A DNA stretch of 64,000 bases from an uncultured Bacteroides sp. (GCA_947173895.1 CAMWGU010000005.1:3579-67578); one strand, 5' to 3'. Numbered from the stretch's first letter, positions 19,669-31,488 are shown. Program-made: numbers and translations. Notes: generated by a model not told the origin, from the letters alone.

Positions 19669-20976
19669 ATGTCTGATGAAACTATAATGCCATTTGACTT
19701 CCCGACAGAGAACCCGACTATCATTAAAGTAATCGGTGTAGGAGGTGGCGGCGGCAATGCCGTAAATCACATGTATAAAGAGGGCATACACGATGTGACA
19801 TTCGTTGTATGCAACACTGACAACCAGGCACTGGCAGAATCTCCTGTCCCTGTAAAGCTACAACTGGGTAAAGAAGGATTGGGAGCCGGAAACCGCCCCG
19901 AGCGAGCACGCGAAGCTGCCAAAGAAAGCATAGAAGATGTCAAGAACATGCTGAGCGACGGTTGCAAAATGGTATTTATCACTGCGGGGATGGGAGGAGG
20001 AACCGGAACTGGAGCAGCCCCCATTATTGCCAAAACCGCCAAAGACATGGATGTTCTGACAGTCGGCATCGTCACTATCCCCTTCCTGTTCGAAGGACCG
20101 CGAAAAATAGACCAGGCACTGGACGGTGTGGAACAAATGAGCCAGCACGTAGACGCCTTACTGGTGATCAACAATGAACGCTTGCGCGATATCTACTCGG
20201 ACTTCAGCGTAATGAACGCTTTTGGCAAAGCAGACGACACTCTATCCGTGGCTGCCAAAAGTATTGCCGAAATCATCACTATACGCGGAACCATCAACCT
20301 CGACTTCAATGATGTGAAAACAGTGCTGAAGGACGGTGGAGTAGCCATTATGAGCACAGGCTACGGCAAAGGAGAAAGCCGCGTGAGCCAGGCCATCAAT
20401 GATGCGCTCCATTCTCCGCTGCTCAATAACAACGATATATTCAATTCCAAAAAGATATTGTTCAACATCTCGTTCAGCACCAAAAGTGAACTGATGATGG
20501 AAGAAATGAACGAGGTACACGACTTTATGAGCCGATTTGGAAAAGACGTAGAAACCAAATGGGGATTATACATCGACGAATCACTAGAGGACCAAGTCAA
20601 ATTCACCGTACTGGCTACCGGATTCGGCATCAAGGACGTGCCTGGTATGGACTCTGTGCTGAACAAACACTCTTTCGAGGAACAGAAGAAACTGGAAGAA
20701 CAGGAAGAAGACGAACAGCGCAAGAACATACGGCGCGGAGAATATTATGGCAAAGGCACCTTCAACAACGGGAACAAGAAAAAACGCCATAACATCTACA
20801 TCTTCAACATGGAAGACCTGGACAATGACGACATTATCAGCATGGTAGAAACCACGCCCACTTTTCAGCGTACTAAAACCATATTGGAAGGCATACAGTC
20901 CAAAGCCATAGCCGAGAAAGAAGAGATGTTCAGCCATAACGATACAGAAAGCAGCGGAATAACTATTACATTTTAA
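19669..20976 (+). CDS. ftsZ: Cell division protein FtsZ
   Basis: GVGGGGGNAVN, GMGGGTGTG (tubulin signature), NLDFNDV. Confidence 0.98.
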   Translation: MSDETIMPFDFPTENPTIIKVIGVGGGGGNAVNHMYKEGIHDVTFVVCNTDNQALAESPVPVKLQLGKEGLGAGNRPERAREAAKESIEDVKNMLSDGCKMVFITAGMGGGTGTGAAPIIAKTAKDMDVLTVGIVTIPFLFEGPRKIDQALDGVEQMSQHVDALLVINNERLRDIYSDFSVMNAFGKADDTLSVAAKSIAEIITIRGTINLDFNDVKTVLKDGGVAIMSTGYGKGESRVSQAINDALHSPLLNNNDIFNSKKILFNISFSTKSELMMEEMNEVHDFMSRFGKDVETKWGLYIDESLEDQVKFTVLATGFGIKDVPGMDSVLNKHSFEEQKKLEEQEEDEQRKNIRRGEYYGKGTFNNGNKKKRHNIYIFNMEDLDNDDIISMVETTPTFQRTKTILEGIQSKAIAEKEEMFSHNDTESSGITITF

Positions 20977-21001
20977 CCATTAATATATCAGTAAAGAAAC
21001 T

Positions 21002-21451
21002 ATGGATTTATTTGACGCAATCAGCAATGATATCAAAGAGGCAATGAAAGCCAAGAACAAAGTGAAATTGGAAACTTTGCGCAATGTGAAGAAATGCTTT
21101 CTCGAAGCAAAGACCGCTCCGGGAGCCAATGACACACTGACCGATGACGCTGCACTGAAAATCATGCAGAAACTGGTCAAACAAGGCAAGGATTCAGCAG
21201 CCATTTACCAAGGACAAGGACGCGCCGACCTGGCTGAAGGCGAACTGGCCCAAGTGGCAGTAATCGAAGCATACTTGCCCAAGCAAATGAGTGCCGAGGA
21301 ACTAGAAGCCGCTTTGAAAGAGATCATCGCCGAAATTGGTGCCGCCGGCCCTCAAGACATGGGCAAGGTGATGGGTGTTGCCACCAAGAAATTGGCCGGA
21401 AAAGCCGAAGGACGCGCCATCTCGGCCAAAGTAAAAGAGATATTGGGATAA
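21002..21451 (+). CDS. GatB/YqeY domain protein
   Basis: AMKAK, KQGKDSAAIY, YLPKQMS, DMGKVMG pattern. Confidence 0.9.
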   Translation: MDLFDAISNDIKEAMKAKNKVKLETLRNVKKCFLEAKTAPGANDTLTDDAALKIMQKLVKQGKDSAAIYQGQGRADLAEGELAQVAVIEAYLPKQMSAEELEAALKEIIAEIGAAGPQDMGKVMGVATKKLAGKAEGRAISAKVKEILG

Positions 21452-21472
21452 ACCTTTATAACAAAGGTCACC

Positions 21473-21514
21473 AAGAAGGGTGTGTCAAGAAAAAACAATT
21501 GACACACCCTTCTT
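21473..21514. terminator. Perfect 16-bp inverted repeat (probable bidirectional terminator)
   Basis: AAGAAGGGTGTGTCAA-N10-TTGACACACCCTTCTT between convergent yqeY and recO. Confidence 0.75.
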
Positions 21515-21606
21515 CATTATAAATCGCCGTCAGTTTCAACATAAAGCTAAAGCCCGAAAGGATAGCCATGCCACATGACAATCCGGACTCGCCCCCCATC
21601 CTCAAG

Positions 21607-22332
21607 TCAGGAGAACAACTCCTTCAACACATCCAGCGACTTCAATGCCGGAAAATCCGGCAAATGTAACCGATAGTAGTCATTGATGACCGACAAACAA
21701 CGGCTGCGCTCCTGGCGGTTCATGCCAAAAAGATGCATCGTCTCGTAGTTCATACGCATCAGCAGGCCGATACGCGAAGCATCCTCCGGCGGCAAGAACG
21801 CACCATGCAAAGGCCGGGAAGAAACAAAACAAGCATTCAACATATCGAAGAAGCATCCCTGCCGATAATTCTCTATATTGGGATACAGCCCCAGAAAACG
21901 CGAGAAACGCATCAGAAAAACCAAATGGAAATTAGAAAAATTACTTTCGCACTCGTCCAGCCAGCGGACAGAATGCTCCAGATAAGCAAACAACGGCCTG
22001 TTTTCGGCTTCCTCGTGCAAGGCACGACACAGAAACTCGGCCAAGAACATGGCAATGGCAGACTTATAAGGATCGTAAGGCAACGTGCGAAATGGACACC
22101 ACGATTTGGCCTCCTTTATGCGATGCAAGCTGGCGCGCGGCCGATAATCAGCCTCAAACTCTATCATGGAAAGCGGCTGAAACAAGACACTCCTCACCGC
22201 CGACTTACGCGAACGGGGGACAGACACGAGAAAAGAAACGCGCCCATTCTCGCGCGTGTATATATCAACAATATTCGACGCATCATTGTATTTCAAGACA
22301 TGAAGTACAATTCCAACCGTTTTCTGAAGCAT
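21607..22332 (-). CDS. recO: DNA repair protein RecO
   Basis: [17 protein letters not shown]-terminal OB fold, [20 protein letters not shown]. Confidence 0.93.
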   Translation of the reverse strand: MLQKTVGIVLHVLKYNDASNIVDIYTRENGRVSFLVSVPRSRKSAVRSVLFQPLSMIEFEADYRPRASLHRIKEAKSWCPFRTLPYDPYKSAIAMFLAEFLCRALHEEAENRPLFAYLEHSVRWLDECESNFSNFHLVFLMRFSRFLGLYPNIENYRQGCFFDMLNACFVSSRPLHGAFLPPEDASRIGLLMRMNYETMHLFGMNRQERSRCLSVINDYYRLHLPDFPALKSLDVLKELFS

Positions 22333-22478
22333 ATAGTTACCTTATAATAATGATTGAAACTAGCCTCGAAACATGCCCGCCAGCCCTTCCAAACCGCCCT
22401 GCATGCTTCTGTGAACACACAAAAATATAGCTTTTAGATGAAAAAATACGTTTTTCTAGAAAAAAATATATCGAATGT

Positions 22479-22509
22479 TTTGCTAATTCAAAAATAGTTC
22501 CTACCTTTG
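22479..22509 (+). promoter_or_regulatory. Sigma-A promoter for tRNA-Glu/rpsT
   Basis: TTTG (22479-22482), 19-nt spacer, TACCTTTG (22502-22509). Confidence 0.75.
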
Positions 22510-22574
22510 CAACCGCAAAAGAGAAAAACACTCTCCGAAAGCAAGCCAAGCTAAGGCTCGGCAATTCAAGGCTC

Positions 22575-22646
22575 GGCCCGTTCGTCTATCGGTTAGGACG
22601 CAAGATTTTCATTCTTGAAAGGGGGGTTCGATTCCCCCACGGGCTA
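22575..22646 (+). tRNA. tRNA-Glu (anticodon TTC)
   Basis: Cloverleaf: GGCCCGT/ACGGGCT acceptor stem, CAAGA-TT-TTC-AT-TCTTG anticodon arm, GGGGG-TTCGATT-CCCCC T-arm; CCA not encoded. Confidence 0.97.
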
Positions 22647-22687
22647 CAAATAAAAACAATAAAGAACAATATTAAAGATTAGTCGAG

Positions 22688-22942
22688 ATGGCAAATCACA
22701 AATCATCAGTAAAGAGAATCAGACAGGAAGAGAAGAGAAGACTTCATAACAGATACTATGCTAAGACAATGCGTAATGCTGTTAAAAAACTTCGTACAAC
22801 TACTGACAAAGCAGAAGCTGTTGCAATGTATCCGAGTGTTCAGAAGATATTGGACAAGATGGCTAAAGTAAACATCATCCATAAGAACAAGGCTGCCAAC
22901 TTGAAATCAAAATTGGCTGCTCATATCAGTAAACTCGCTTAA
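22688..22942 (+). CDS. rpsT: 30S ribosomal protein S20
   Basis: [13 protein letters not shown]...[14 protein letters not shown]. Confidence 0.98.
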   Translation: MANHKSSVKRIRQEEKRRLHNRYYAKTMRNAVKKLRTTTDKAEAVAMYPSVQKILDKMAKVNIIHKNKAANLKSKLAAHISKLA

Positions 22943-22971
22943 GCAACATACCAAGCTAAAAAAAATAGAAT

Positions 22972-23000
22972 AGGCTGAATAGAAATATTCGGCCTTTTTT
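22972..23000 (+). terminator. Intrinsic terminator of rpsT
   Basis: AGGCTGAAT/ATTCGGCCT stem followed by a T run. Confidence 0.8.
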
Positions 23001-23112
23001 ATTTAATACTGTTTCCCACAACAACAACCTTACTATCGTCAGGTCAATACATTGAACCGCAGAATCAACTCTTCGGCAAACGGATCGAATCTTTGACACA
23101 GGATATCGCAGA

Positions 23113-23196
23113 ACATGCAGGCTTGTGCATTGATACAAGCAGGCTTGTTCGCAGTACAAGCTTGGCCTGTTCGCCGCACAAGCTTGGCTTGTGCGT
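23113..23196. repeat. Tandem array A: four degenerate 19-22-bp units, each with an internal palindrome
   Basis: Units start at 23113, 23135, 23156 and 23178; core ACAAGC-N2-3-GCYTGT. Confidence 0.85.
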
Positions 23197-23267
23197 ACGT
23201 ACGTGTAGCCCGATACATACGTATGTGTAGCCCGATGCATACGTACGTGTAGCCCGATGCGTATGTA
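23197..23267. repeat. Tandem array B: three 22-bp units plus a partial
   Basis: ACGTACGTGTAGCCCGATACAT / ACGTATGTGTAGCCCGATGCAT / ACGTACGTGTAGCCCGATGCGT at 23197, 23219, 23241. Confidence 0.92.
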
Positions 23268-23284
23268 AGGGCAGACAACATCAC

Positions 23285-23575
23285 CCCTTCACCAAGTAGG
23301 TTTTCCCTCTTCTCCCTTCATCCTTTCACTTTCAGCAAATCTAGCTGAAAATCAATATATTAAAAATGACAGGATATCCCTTCATCCCCCTTTCAGCCAC
23401 GCTGCATAAGTCCTTTCACATCTGCCTTCAGGGGAGGCCGGCATTTTGCTTCTGCCGGCGAATGAAAGGACACTGAAAGGAGGATGAAAGGACCCCACGA
23501 AATGTGCTTTCACAATCAGACCCCCCGTCAACAGGACGTTTCGGCGGCTAATGAAGGGATGAAGAGGAAAGTAAG
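23285..23575. repeat. Long nested imperfect palindrome (CCTTCA-rich left half, TGAAGG-rich right half)
   Basis: Left TCCCTTCATCCCCCTTTCAG versus reverse complement of right arm TCCTTTCATCCTCCTTTCAG; GTCCTTTCA/TGAAAGGAC; central GCCGGCA-N9-TGCCGGC; outer TTCCCTCTTC-TCCCTTCA versus TGAAGGGATGAAGAGGAAA. Confidence 0.8.
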
Positions 23576-23792
23576 ATCACGTCAATACTATCGCCTGTTT
23601 GAAGGGGCAACCAGGCAGGATTTGCCGTTATCGGACAAAATCAGGCTGAAAAACTAATGAAAATGCGTTGGAGCCGGCAGACAGAAAGCGACCGTGACAA
23701 TAAAGGCATTTTCTTTACGGCACTCGATGGCAGGGCCATGCATTTTTGCTTTTTTTGCCGACCAATACCACAGCAAATTCATATTTTTTTCG

Positions 23793-23800
23793 TACCTTTG
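23793..23800 (+). promoter_or_regulatory. -7 box for gyrB
   Basis: TACCTTTG about 30 nt upstream of the ATG. Confidence 0.65.
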
Positions 23801-23817
23801 AAAGCTAATTTAGATAA

Positions 23818-25794
<1,977 letters not shown>

Positions 25795-25846
25795 TTTTTT
25801 CATTATTTCAAAGTTTACAACATTCTCGCATCTTACAATCGAGATG

Positions 25847-25876
25847 ATCCCGGCTCTTCATTGGGCCGGGATTTTT
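25847..25876 (+). terminator. Intrinsic terminator of gyrB
   Basis: ATCCCGGC/GCCGGGAT stem followed by a T run. Confidence 0.8.
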
Positions 25877-25919
25877 TAAGAACCGTATCACACACAAGAA
25901 ACTTAAATTGAACGAAATA

Positions 25920-26992
25920 ATGAAAAAACTTTTCTTTCTGTATTTAGTAATTTCTTTTTGTAGTTGTTCGAACCATTATAAGGATGATACAACATTAGCC
26001 TTCCAAAGAAAAGATATGCCCCGACCCATATCTTTGTCACAACCAGATACCATTGCAATAGAAGATGCCCTAGACCCTCTAGATATATTCTTAGTCAAAG
26101 ATAGTCTCATACTTGTCAGTAACAGAAATGCTTCTTCGGCATATAAAGCCGGATTATACTCTCTGAACAATAATAAATTAATAAAAGAAATCGCTCCAAA
26201 AGGAAACGGACCTAAAGAATTTATTAGTTGCACACTGGACATAAGGGATGCTAATTCCGATATTTTTACATAGAAGACGTTATACAAAATAAATACTGGA
26301 AATGTAGCATCGACTCGATTTTATCTGAAGCCGACTATCTGCTTGAGAATTTCCGCTATTCCAGAGATGTAATCAGATTATGTCCGTTGGAAAAGGATTA
26401 CATAGGATATAACTTTTGGTATATAAACAACGAACAATATGACAACAAAGTCCCTCAACTAAGAAAGTATTCCAAAAGTACGAATTCTATTGCCAGAACA
26501 AACGATGCAAACTACACTTACTTTGTGGCCAATGTAACCGGAGGATATGTTTTTACTAATAAATCCAAAAGCTGCATTTGGGTAACGGATTTCTTCGATG
26601 ATAGAATATACATCTATAGTGACTCCTTGAAACTGACCAAATGCATTTCAGGGCCTGACGGCATAACACCGGATTTTATGTCTGTCAACAAAGACAATTA
26701 TAACTACATTGTCTTTGAAAAAGGAAAAACTTACAGAGGCTATCTGGCCTATACGACAACAGACAAACATATATACTTAGTTTACGAAGGGACCAATGGA
26801 ACTCCATACCAAACGATGGACCTGCCACCGGTAGAAGTATTCAAGTTTGACTGGGAAGGCAACTTACTTTCCACTTATCAGCTGGACAAATACATCTACA
26901 CGATTTCTGTTGACAGCAGCGAAAAGTATCTTTATGGTACAAGTTGTAATTCCTATGAAGGAGAAATAGTTTTTATCAGATACCCTATTTAA
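25920..26992 (+). pseudogene. Frameshifted six-bladed beta-propeller (TolB-like/BF3164-type) lipoprotein
   Basis: Lipobox ISFCS-C; first frame stops at TAG 26271-26273. One extra T in the T5 run at 26263-26267 gives ...NSDIFYIEDVIQNKYW... continuous to 26992 (about 357 aa), with typical FDWEGNLL and ISVDSSEKYLYG propeller motifs. Confidence 0.75.
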
Positions 26993-27250
26993 ACTCCGAC
27001 AAAGCAGGGTTGGATACCAGAACAGCACTCCTGTCCTGGCCTTATAATGTCAGTTTGACCCCATCTGGCATTTATATTTTTCTTCTTTTTCTCAAAAAGC
27101 GAATGAACGCACAGATTTATCATTTCTTCCGATAAAATGGGGCAAAAACGACAATAATGAATACGAATAGACAAACTACACCCACTTGTTTCTTTTATAA
27201 TTTTAATCTGATATACGCGATTATCTGACAGAAAGTCTTAATTTTGGGAC

Positions 27251-29956
27251 ATGAAATCATTTAACTCGAAGAATAACATGAAACTCACATTTCGGATTGA
27301 ATACCGTACAGCCTGGGGCGAGGAACTTGGGGTAACACTGGACGGAAACAACAACGACCCTATTATCCTCAGCACTCCGGACGGAGAACATTGGGAAGGC
27401 GAAGCGGAAATGACGGACACACCTGCCTGCGTGCCTGTCTCCTACCGCTATGGCGTATATCGTGACGGACAATGCATCCGCCGTGAAAGCGGGACCATGG
27501 CACACCTGTTTTGTCCCGGGAAGAAACAAAACTGCCACTACATAATTAATGATTGCTGGAAAGACCTTCCGACCGATTCATGCCTGTACAGCTCCGCATT
27601 CAGTGGTGGCTACCAGCCCAAGGCGACTCTGAAGGTAACCACAACGGCCGATACAAACATCACCTTCCGCGCTTTATGCCCTTGCCTGCATCACAAACAA
27701 CAAATGTTGGCCATCAGCGGAAACTGTCCCGCATTGGGCGGCTGGGATATCCGAAAAGCCGTCCTGATGGAAGAAGTCCAGCCCAACGAATGGAGCATCA
27801 CCCTGAACGCCTCTACGCTGGAGTTCCCGCTGAACTATAAATTTGTCGCATGCAATACCGACACCCAACAAGTGGAAGAATGGGAAACTCATGACAACCG
27901 GACGCTCGCCGACCCGGCATTGAAAAAAGGAGAAATCTACCTGACACCCGAAACAGAAGTACATTTTCACTCGTCGGCACGCAAGATAGCAGGCACGGCC
28001 ATCCCCGTCTTTTCGCTCCGTAGCGAGAAGAGCTTCGGGGTAGGAGACTTCGGCGACCTGAAGATGCTGATAGACTGGGCTGTGAAAACCCACCAGCAGG
28101 CTATTCAGATACTTCCCATCAACGACACAACCATCACCCACACGTGGATGGACTCTTATCCGTATAACAGCATCTCCATCTATGCCTTCCACCCGATGTA
28201 CATCGACCTGAGCCAGCTGGGCAAGATGAAGGACAAGGAAACACTGGAAGCCTTCGAGGCCAAACGGCAGGAACTGAACGCACTCCCCCAGATAGATTAT
28301 GAAGCGGTGAACGACACCAAACGCGCTTACCTGAAACAGATGTTCCGGCAAACCGGCAAGAAAGTGCTGGCTTCGGCGGAATTCAAAGCCTTCTTCGAGG
28401 ACAACCACCACTGGCTGTTGCCCTACGCAGCCTTCAGTTACCTGAGAGACCAATACGGCACCCCCGACTTCAGCCAATGGCCCGAACATCAGGCCTACAA
28501 GGCAGAAGAGATAGTCGCCTTGTGCGCCCCCGGAAGTCCTTGCTACGATGACATTGCTTTCTATTATTACATGCAGTACCACCTGCACATCCAGCTGCTC
28601 GACGCCGGCAACTACGCCCGCCAGAAAGGCATCATCCTGAAAGGTGACATACCTATCGGCATCAGCCGCAACAGCGTGGAGGCATGGATCGAGCCCTATT
28701 ACTTCAATATGAACGGACAGGCGGGTGCACCGCCCGATGCTTTCTCCACCAACGGACAGAACTGGGGCTTCCCCACCTACAACTGGGACGTGATGGAGCA
28801 GGACAACTACCAATGGTGGCAGAAGCGTTTCCGAAAAATGGCAGAATATTTCACCGCCTACCGCATCGATCATATCCTGGGCTTCTTCCGCATTTGGGAA
28901 ATCCCGGCTCATTCGGTGCATGGGTTACTGGGGCAGTTTGTGCCCGCATTGCCCATGAGCGTGGACGAGATACAAAGCTACGGATTGCCGTTCCAAAAAG
29001 ATTTCATGACCCGGCCGTTCATCAATGAAGCGATGCTGGAGAAACTGTTTGGCGATAAAGCCGGCTTCGTCAAGGAAACCTTCGTGTGCCACAGCCACCA
29101 CGACATCTACGAAATGCGGCCTGAATATGACACCCAACGCAAAGTGGAGGCCTACTTTGCCGGCAAAAAAGACGAAGAAAGCGCGCGCATACGCGAAGGC
29201 GTATATGCCCTGATAAGCAACGTGCTGTTTGTGCCCGACCGCAAACACCCGTCCATGTACCATCCGCGCATTGCCGTTCAGAACGATTTCATCTTCGGAC
29301 GCCTCAGTCGAGAGGAAAAAGAAGCTTTCAACCGCCTGTATAATCATTATTACTACCAGCGTCACAACCAGTTCTGGTATCAAGAAGCCATGAAGAAGCT
29401 GCCCATCCTGACGCAAAGCACCTCGATGCTGGTGTGCGGCGAAGACCTGGGAATGGTGCCCGACTGTGTACCCTGGGTGATGGAACAACTACAAATCTTG
29501 AGCCTGGAAATCCAACGCATGCCCAAGAACCCCCGACACGATTTCGGCCATGTATGGGAATATCCCTACCGTTCGGTATGCACCATCTCCACTCACGACA
29601 TGTCCACCCTGCGGGGCTGGTGGGAAGAAGACAACGAACAAACCGGCCGATACTACAACCACGTCATGGGACACTGGGGAGAAGTTCCGTCCACGGCTCC
29701 GGGATGGGTCTGCGAAGAAATAGTGCGGTCTCATCTGAAGTGCCCCTCCCTGCTATGTATCCTTTCATTTCAGGACTGGTTGTCCATAGACGAAGAACTC
29801 CGTTATCCCGATGTCAATGCGGAACGAATCAATGTACCCGCCAACCCAAGACACTACTGGAGATACCGCATGCATCTCACGCTAGAGGAACTGATACAGA
29901 ACCGGAAGTTCAACGAAAAAATGACTGAAATGATCGATAGCTCCGGCAGATTCTAA
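27251..29956 (+). CDS. malQ: 4-alpha-glucanotransferase (GH77) with N-terminal starch-binding CBM20-like domains
   Basis: YRTAWGE and ISGNCPALGGW CBM20-like motifs; AGTAIPVFSLRS, LKGDIPIG, GQNWGFP, YRIDHILGFFR, GEDLG, STHD. Alternative start at 27278. Confidence 0.93.
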   Translation: MKSFNSKNNMKLTFRIEYRTAWGEELGVTLDGNNNDPIILSTPDGEHWEGEAEMTDTPACVPVSYRYGVYRDGQCIRRESGTMAHLFCPGKKQNCHYIINDCWKDLPTDSCLYSSAFSGGYQPKATLKVTTTADTNITFRALCPCLHHKQQMLAISGNCPALGGWDIRKAVLMEEVQPNEWSITLNASTLEFPLNYKFVACNTDTQQVEEWETHDNRTLADPALKKGEIYLTPETEVHFHSSARKIAGTAIPVFSLRSEKSFGVGDFGDLKMLIDWAVKTHQQAIQILPINDTTITHTWMDSYPYNSISIYAFHPMYIDLSQLGKMKDKETLEAFEAKRQELNALPQIDYEAVNDTKRAYLKQMFRQTGKKVLASAEFKAFFEDNHHWLLPYAAFSYLRDQYGTPDFSQWPEHQAYKAEEIVALCAPGSPCYDDIAFYYYMQYHLHIQLLDAGNYARQKGIILKGDIPIGISRNSVEAWIEPYYFNMNGQAGAPPDAFSTNGQNWGFPTYNWDVMEQDNYQWWQKRFRKMAEYFTAYRIDHILGFFRIWEIPAHSVHGLLGQFVPALPMSVDEIQSYGLPFQKDFMTRPFINEAMLEKLFGDKAGFVKETFVCHSHHDIYEMRPEYDTQRKVEAYFAGKKDEESARIREGVYALISNVLFVPDRKHPSMYHPRIAVQNDFIFGRLSREEKEAFNRLYNHYYYQRHNQFWYQEAMKKLPILTQSTSMLVCGEDLGMVPDCVPWVMEQLQILSLEIQRMPKNPRHDFGHVWEYPYRSVCTISTHDMSTLRGWWEEDNEQTGRYYNHVMGHWGEVPSTAPGWVCEEIVRSHLKCPSLLCILSFQDWLSIDEELRYPDVNAERINVPANPRHYWRYRMHLTLEELIQNRKFNEKMTEMIDSSGRF

Positions 29957-29967
29957 AAGAAAAACCT

Positions 29968-30043
29968 CCACAGGCCACATTGGTTGCCGGATGTATCATC
30001 CAGGCAACCGAACGGGCCTTCCCCCGACCGATGCGACCTGTGG
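29968..30043. other. Structured intergenic element between malQ and the MFS gene
   Basis: Outer stem CCACAGGCCACATTGGT/ACCGATGCGACCTGTGG; inner hairpin GGTTGCC-GGATG..CATCC-A-GGCAACC; small CGGG/CCCG hairpin. Confidence 0.55.
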
Positions 30044-30082
30044 CGGATTCTATTTCCTACGATAATCAATAACACACATACC

Positions 30083-31444
30083 ATGAAGAAAATTCCCGAT
30101 TTAGGTTTTTGGAAACTATGGAACATTAGTTTCGGATTTTTTGGCGTGCAAATAGCCTACGCCCTGCAAAGCGCCAACATCAGTCGCATCTTCTCCACTT
30201 TGGGAGCAGATCCGCACAGTCTGAGTTATTTCTGGATACTGCCCCCACTGGCAGGAATCATCGTGCAACCCATCATCGGCGCATTAAGCGACCGTACCTG
30301 GACCCGTTTCGGCCGGCGTATCCCCTATCTGTTTGCCGGTGCCTTGGTGGCTGTCTGCGTGATGTGTCTGCTTCCCAATGCAGGCAGTTTCGGCATGACA
30401 GTGGGCGCAGCAATGATGTTCGGCCTAATATCATTGATGTTTCTCGACACCTCCATCAACATGGCCATGCAGCCGTTCAAGATGATGGTGGGCGACATGG
30501 TGAACGAAAAACAAAAAGGCCTGGCCTACTCCATCCAAAGTTTCCTCTGCAATGCCGGGAGCCTGGCCGGATATCTTTTTCCATTCATCTTCGCAGCGGT
30601 AGGCATCAGCAATATTGCCCCAAAAGGAGTCATCCCCGACTCGGTCATCTATTCATTCTATATCGGTGCACTGATACTGATTTTTTGTGTCATCTACACT
30701 TCGGTCAAAGTCAAAGAATTCCCGCCCGAAGAATATGCCGCCTATCACGGTATCACCCATGAAGAGAAAACGGAAAAGACCAATATGTTCAAGTTGCTGG
30801 CAAGAGCACCCAAAGCTTTCTGGACGGTAGGACTGGTTCAATTCTTCTGTTGGGCGGCCTTCATGTTCATGTGGACCTACACCAACGGAACGGTAGCCCT
30901 GAACGTATTCGACACGCCGACCGTAGAGAGCACAGTGGACGGCGTCACCCGCATGGTGTTGGACACACAGTCTGTACAATTCCAGACAGCAGGCGACTGG
31001 GTGGGCATCTTGTTTGCCGTCCAGGCCATCGGCTCTGTTATTTGGGCTACTCTCATTCCAATGATCAAAAACCGCAAATTCGCTTATACCTTAAGTCTGA
31101 TATTAGGAGGCATCGGATTTATTTCCATCTTTTTCATCCACGACCAATACGCCCTATTTGCCTCTTTCGCCCTAATAGGCTGTGCCTGGGCAGCCATGCT
31201 GGCCCTGCCTTTCACCATCCTGACAAACGCACTGACGGGCGGTCACATGGGTACTTATCTGGGATTGTTCAACGGAACAATCTGTATCCCGCAAATCGTA
31301 GCCGCCGCTTTGGGAGGTGTGATACTGAAACTGTTTACCGGTCCGAACCAAGTAGCACCGGAAGTTAATATGCTGGTACTGGCCGGAATCTTTCTAATTA
31401 TCGGCGCCTGCTGTGTGGGCATCATCAAAGAGAAAACAACATGA
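30083..31444 (+). CDS. MFS (SLC45/GPH-like) sugar transporter, probably maltose/maltodextrin
   Basis: [41 protein letters not shown]; about 12 TM helices. Start set at MKKIP (30083). Confidence 0.88.
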   Translation: MKKIPDLGFWKLWNISFGFFGVQIAYALQSANISRIFSTLGADPHSLSYFWILPPLAGIIVQPIIGALSDRTWTRFGRRIPYLFAGALVAVCVMCLLPNAGSFGMTVGAAMMFGLISLMFLDTSINMAMQPFKMMVGDMVNEKQKGLAYSIQSFLCNAGSLAGYLFPFIFAAVGISNIAPKGVIPDSVIYSFYIGALILIFCVIYTSVKVKEFPPEEYAAYHGITHEEKTEKTNMFKLLARAPKAFWTVGLVQFFCWAAFMFMWTYTNGTVALNVFDTPTVESTVDGVTRMVLDTQSVQFQTAGDWVGILFAVQAIGSVIWATLIPMIKNRKFAYTLSLILGGIGFISIFFIHDQYALFASFALIGCAWAAMLALPFTILTNALTGGHMGTYLGLFNGTICIPQIVAAALGGVILKLFTGPNQVAPEVNMLVLAGIFLIIGACCVGIIKEKTT

Positions 31445-31488
31445 CGGTCACCAGAAAATCAAGAAGACCATCGCCCCCATAGAAAACA

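Noticed and set aside
5393-20976. Absence of murF and ddl from the dcw cluster as a novelty
   Set aside because: To my knowledge this is the usual Bacteroidales arrangement
23113-23267. CRISPR array
   Set aside because: Units are directly tandem with no unique spacers, are shorter than typical repeat-plus-spacer periods, and there are no cas genes in the window
22956-23284. Short ORFs of 94 and 81 aa across the repeat arrays
   Set aside because: Their repetitive peptides simply reflect the 22-bp DNA repeats; no recognisable domain or supporting expression signals
23031-23593. 8-bp matches GTCAATAC (23043, 23581) and TACTATCG (23031, 23586) as target-site duplications
   Set aside because: 8-mers this close to loosely defined ends can occur by chance and the two are in permuted order; an empty-site allele would be needed
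27674-28921. 415-aa - strand ORF, and similar long antisense ORFs in gyrB, topA, TBDR, TPR, suf and infB
   Set aside because: They lie fully opposite well-supported genes and have no motifs; expected by-products of codon bias
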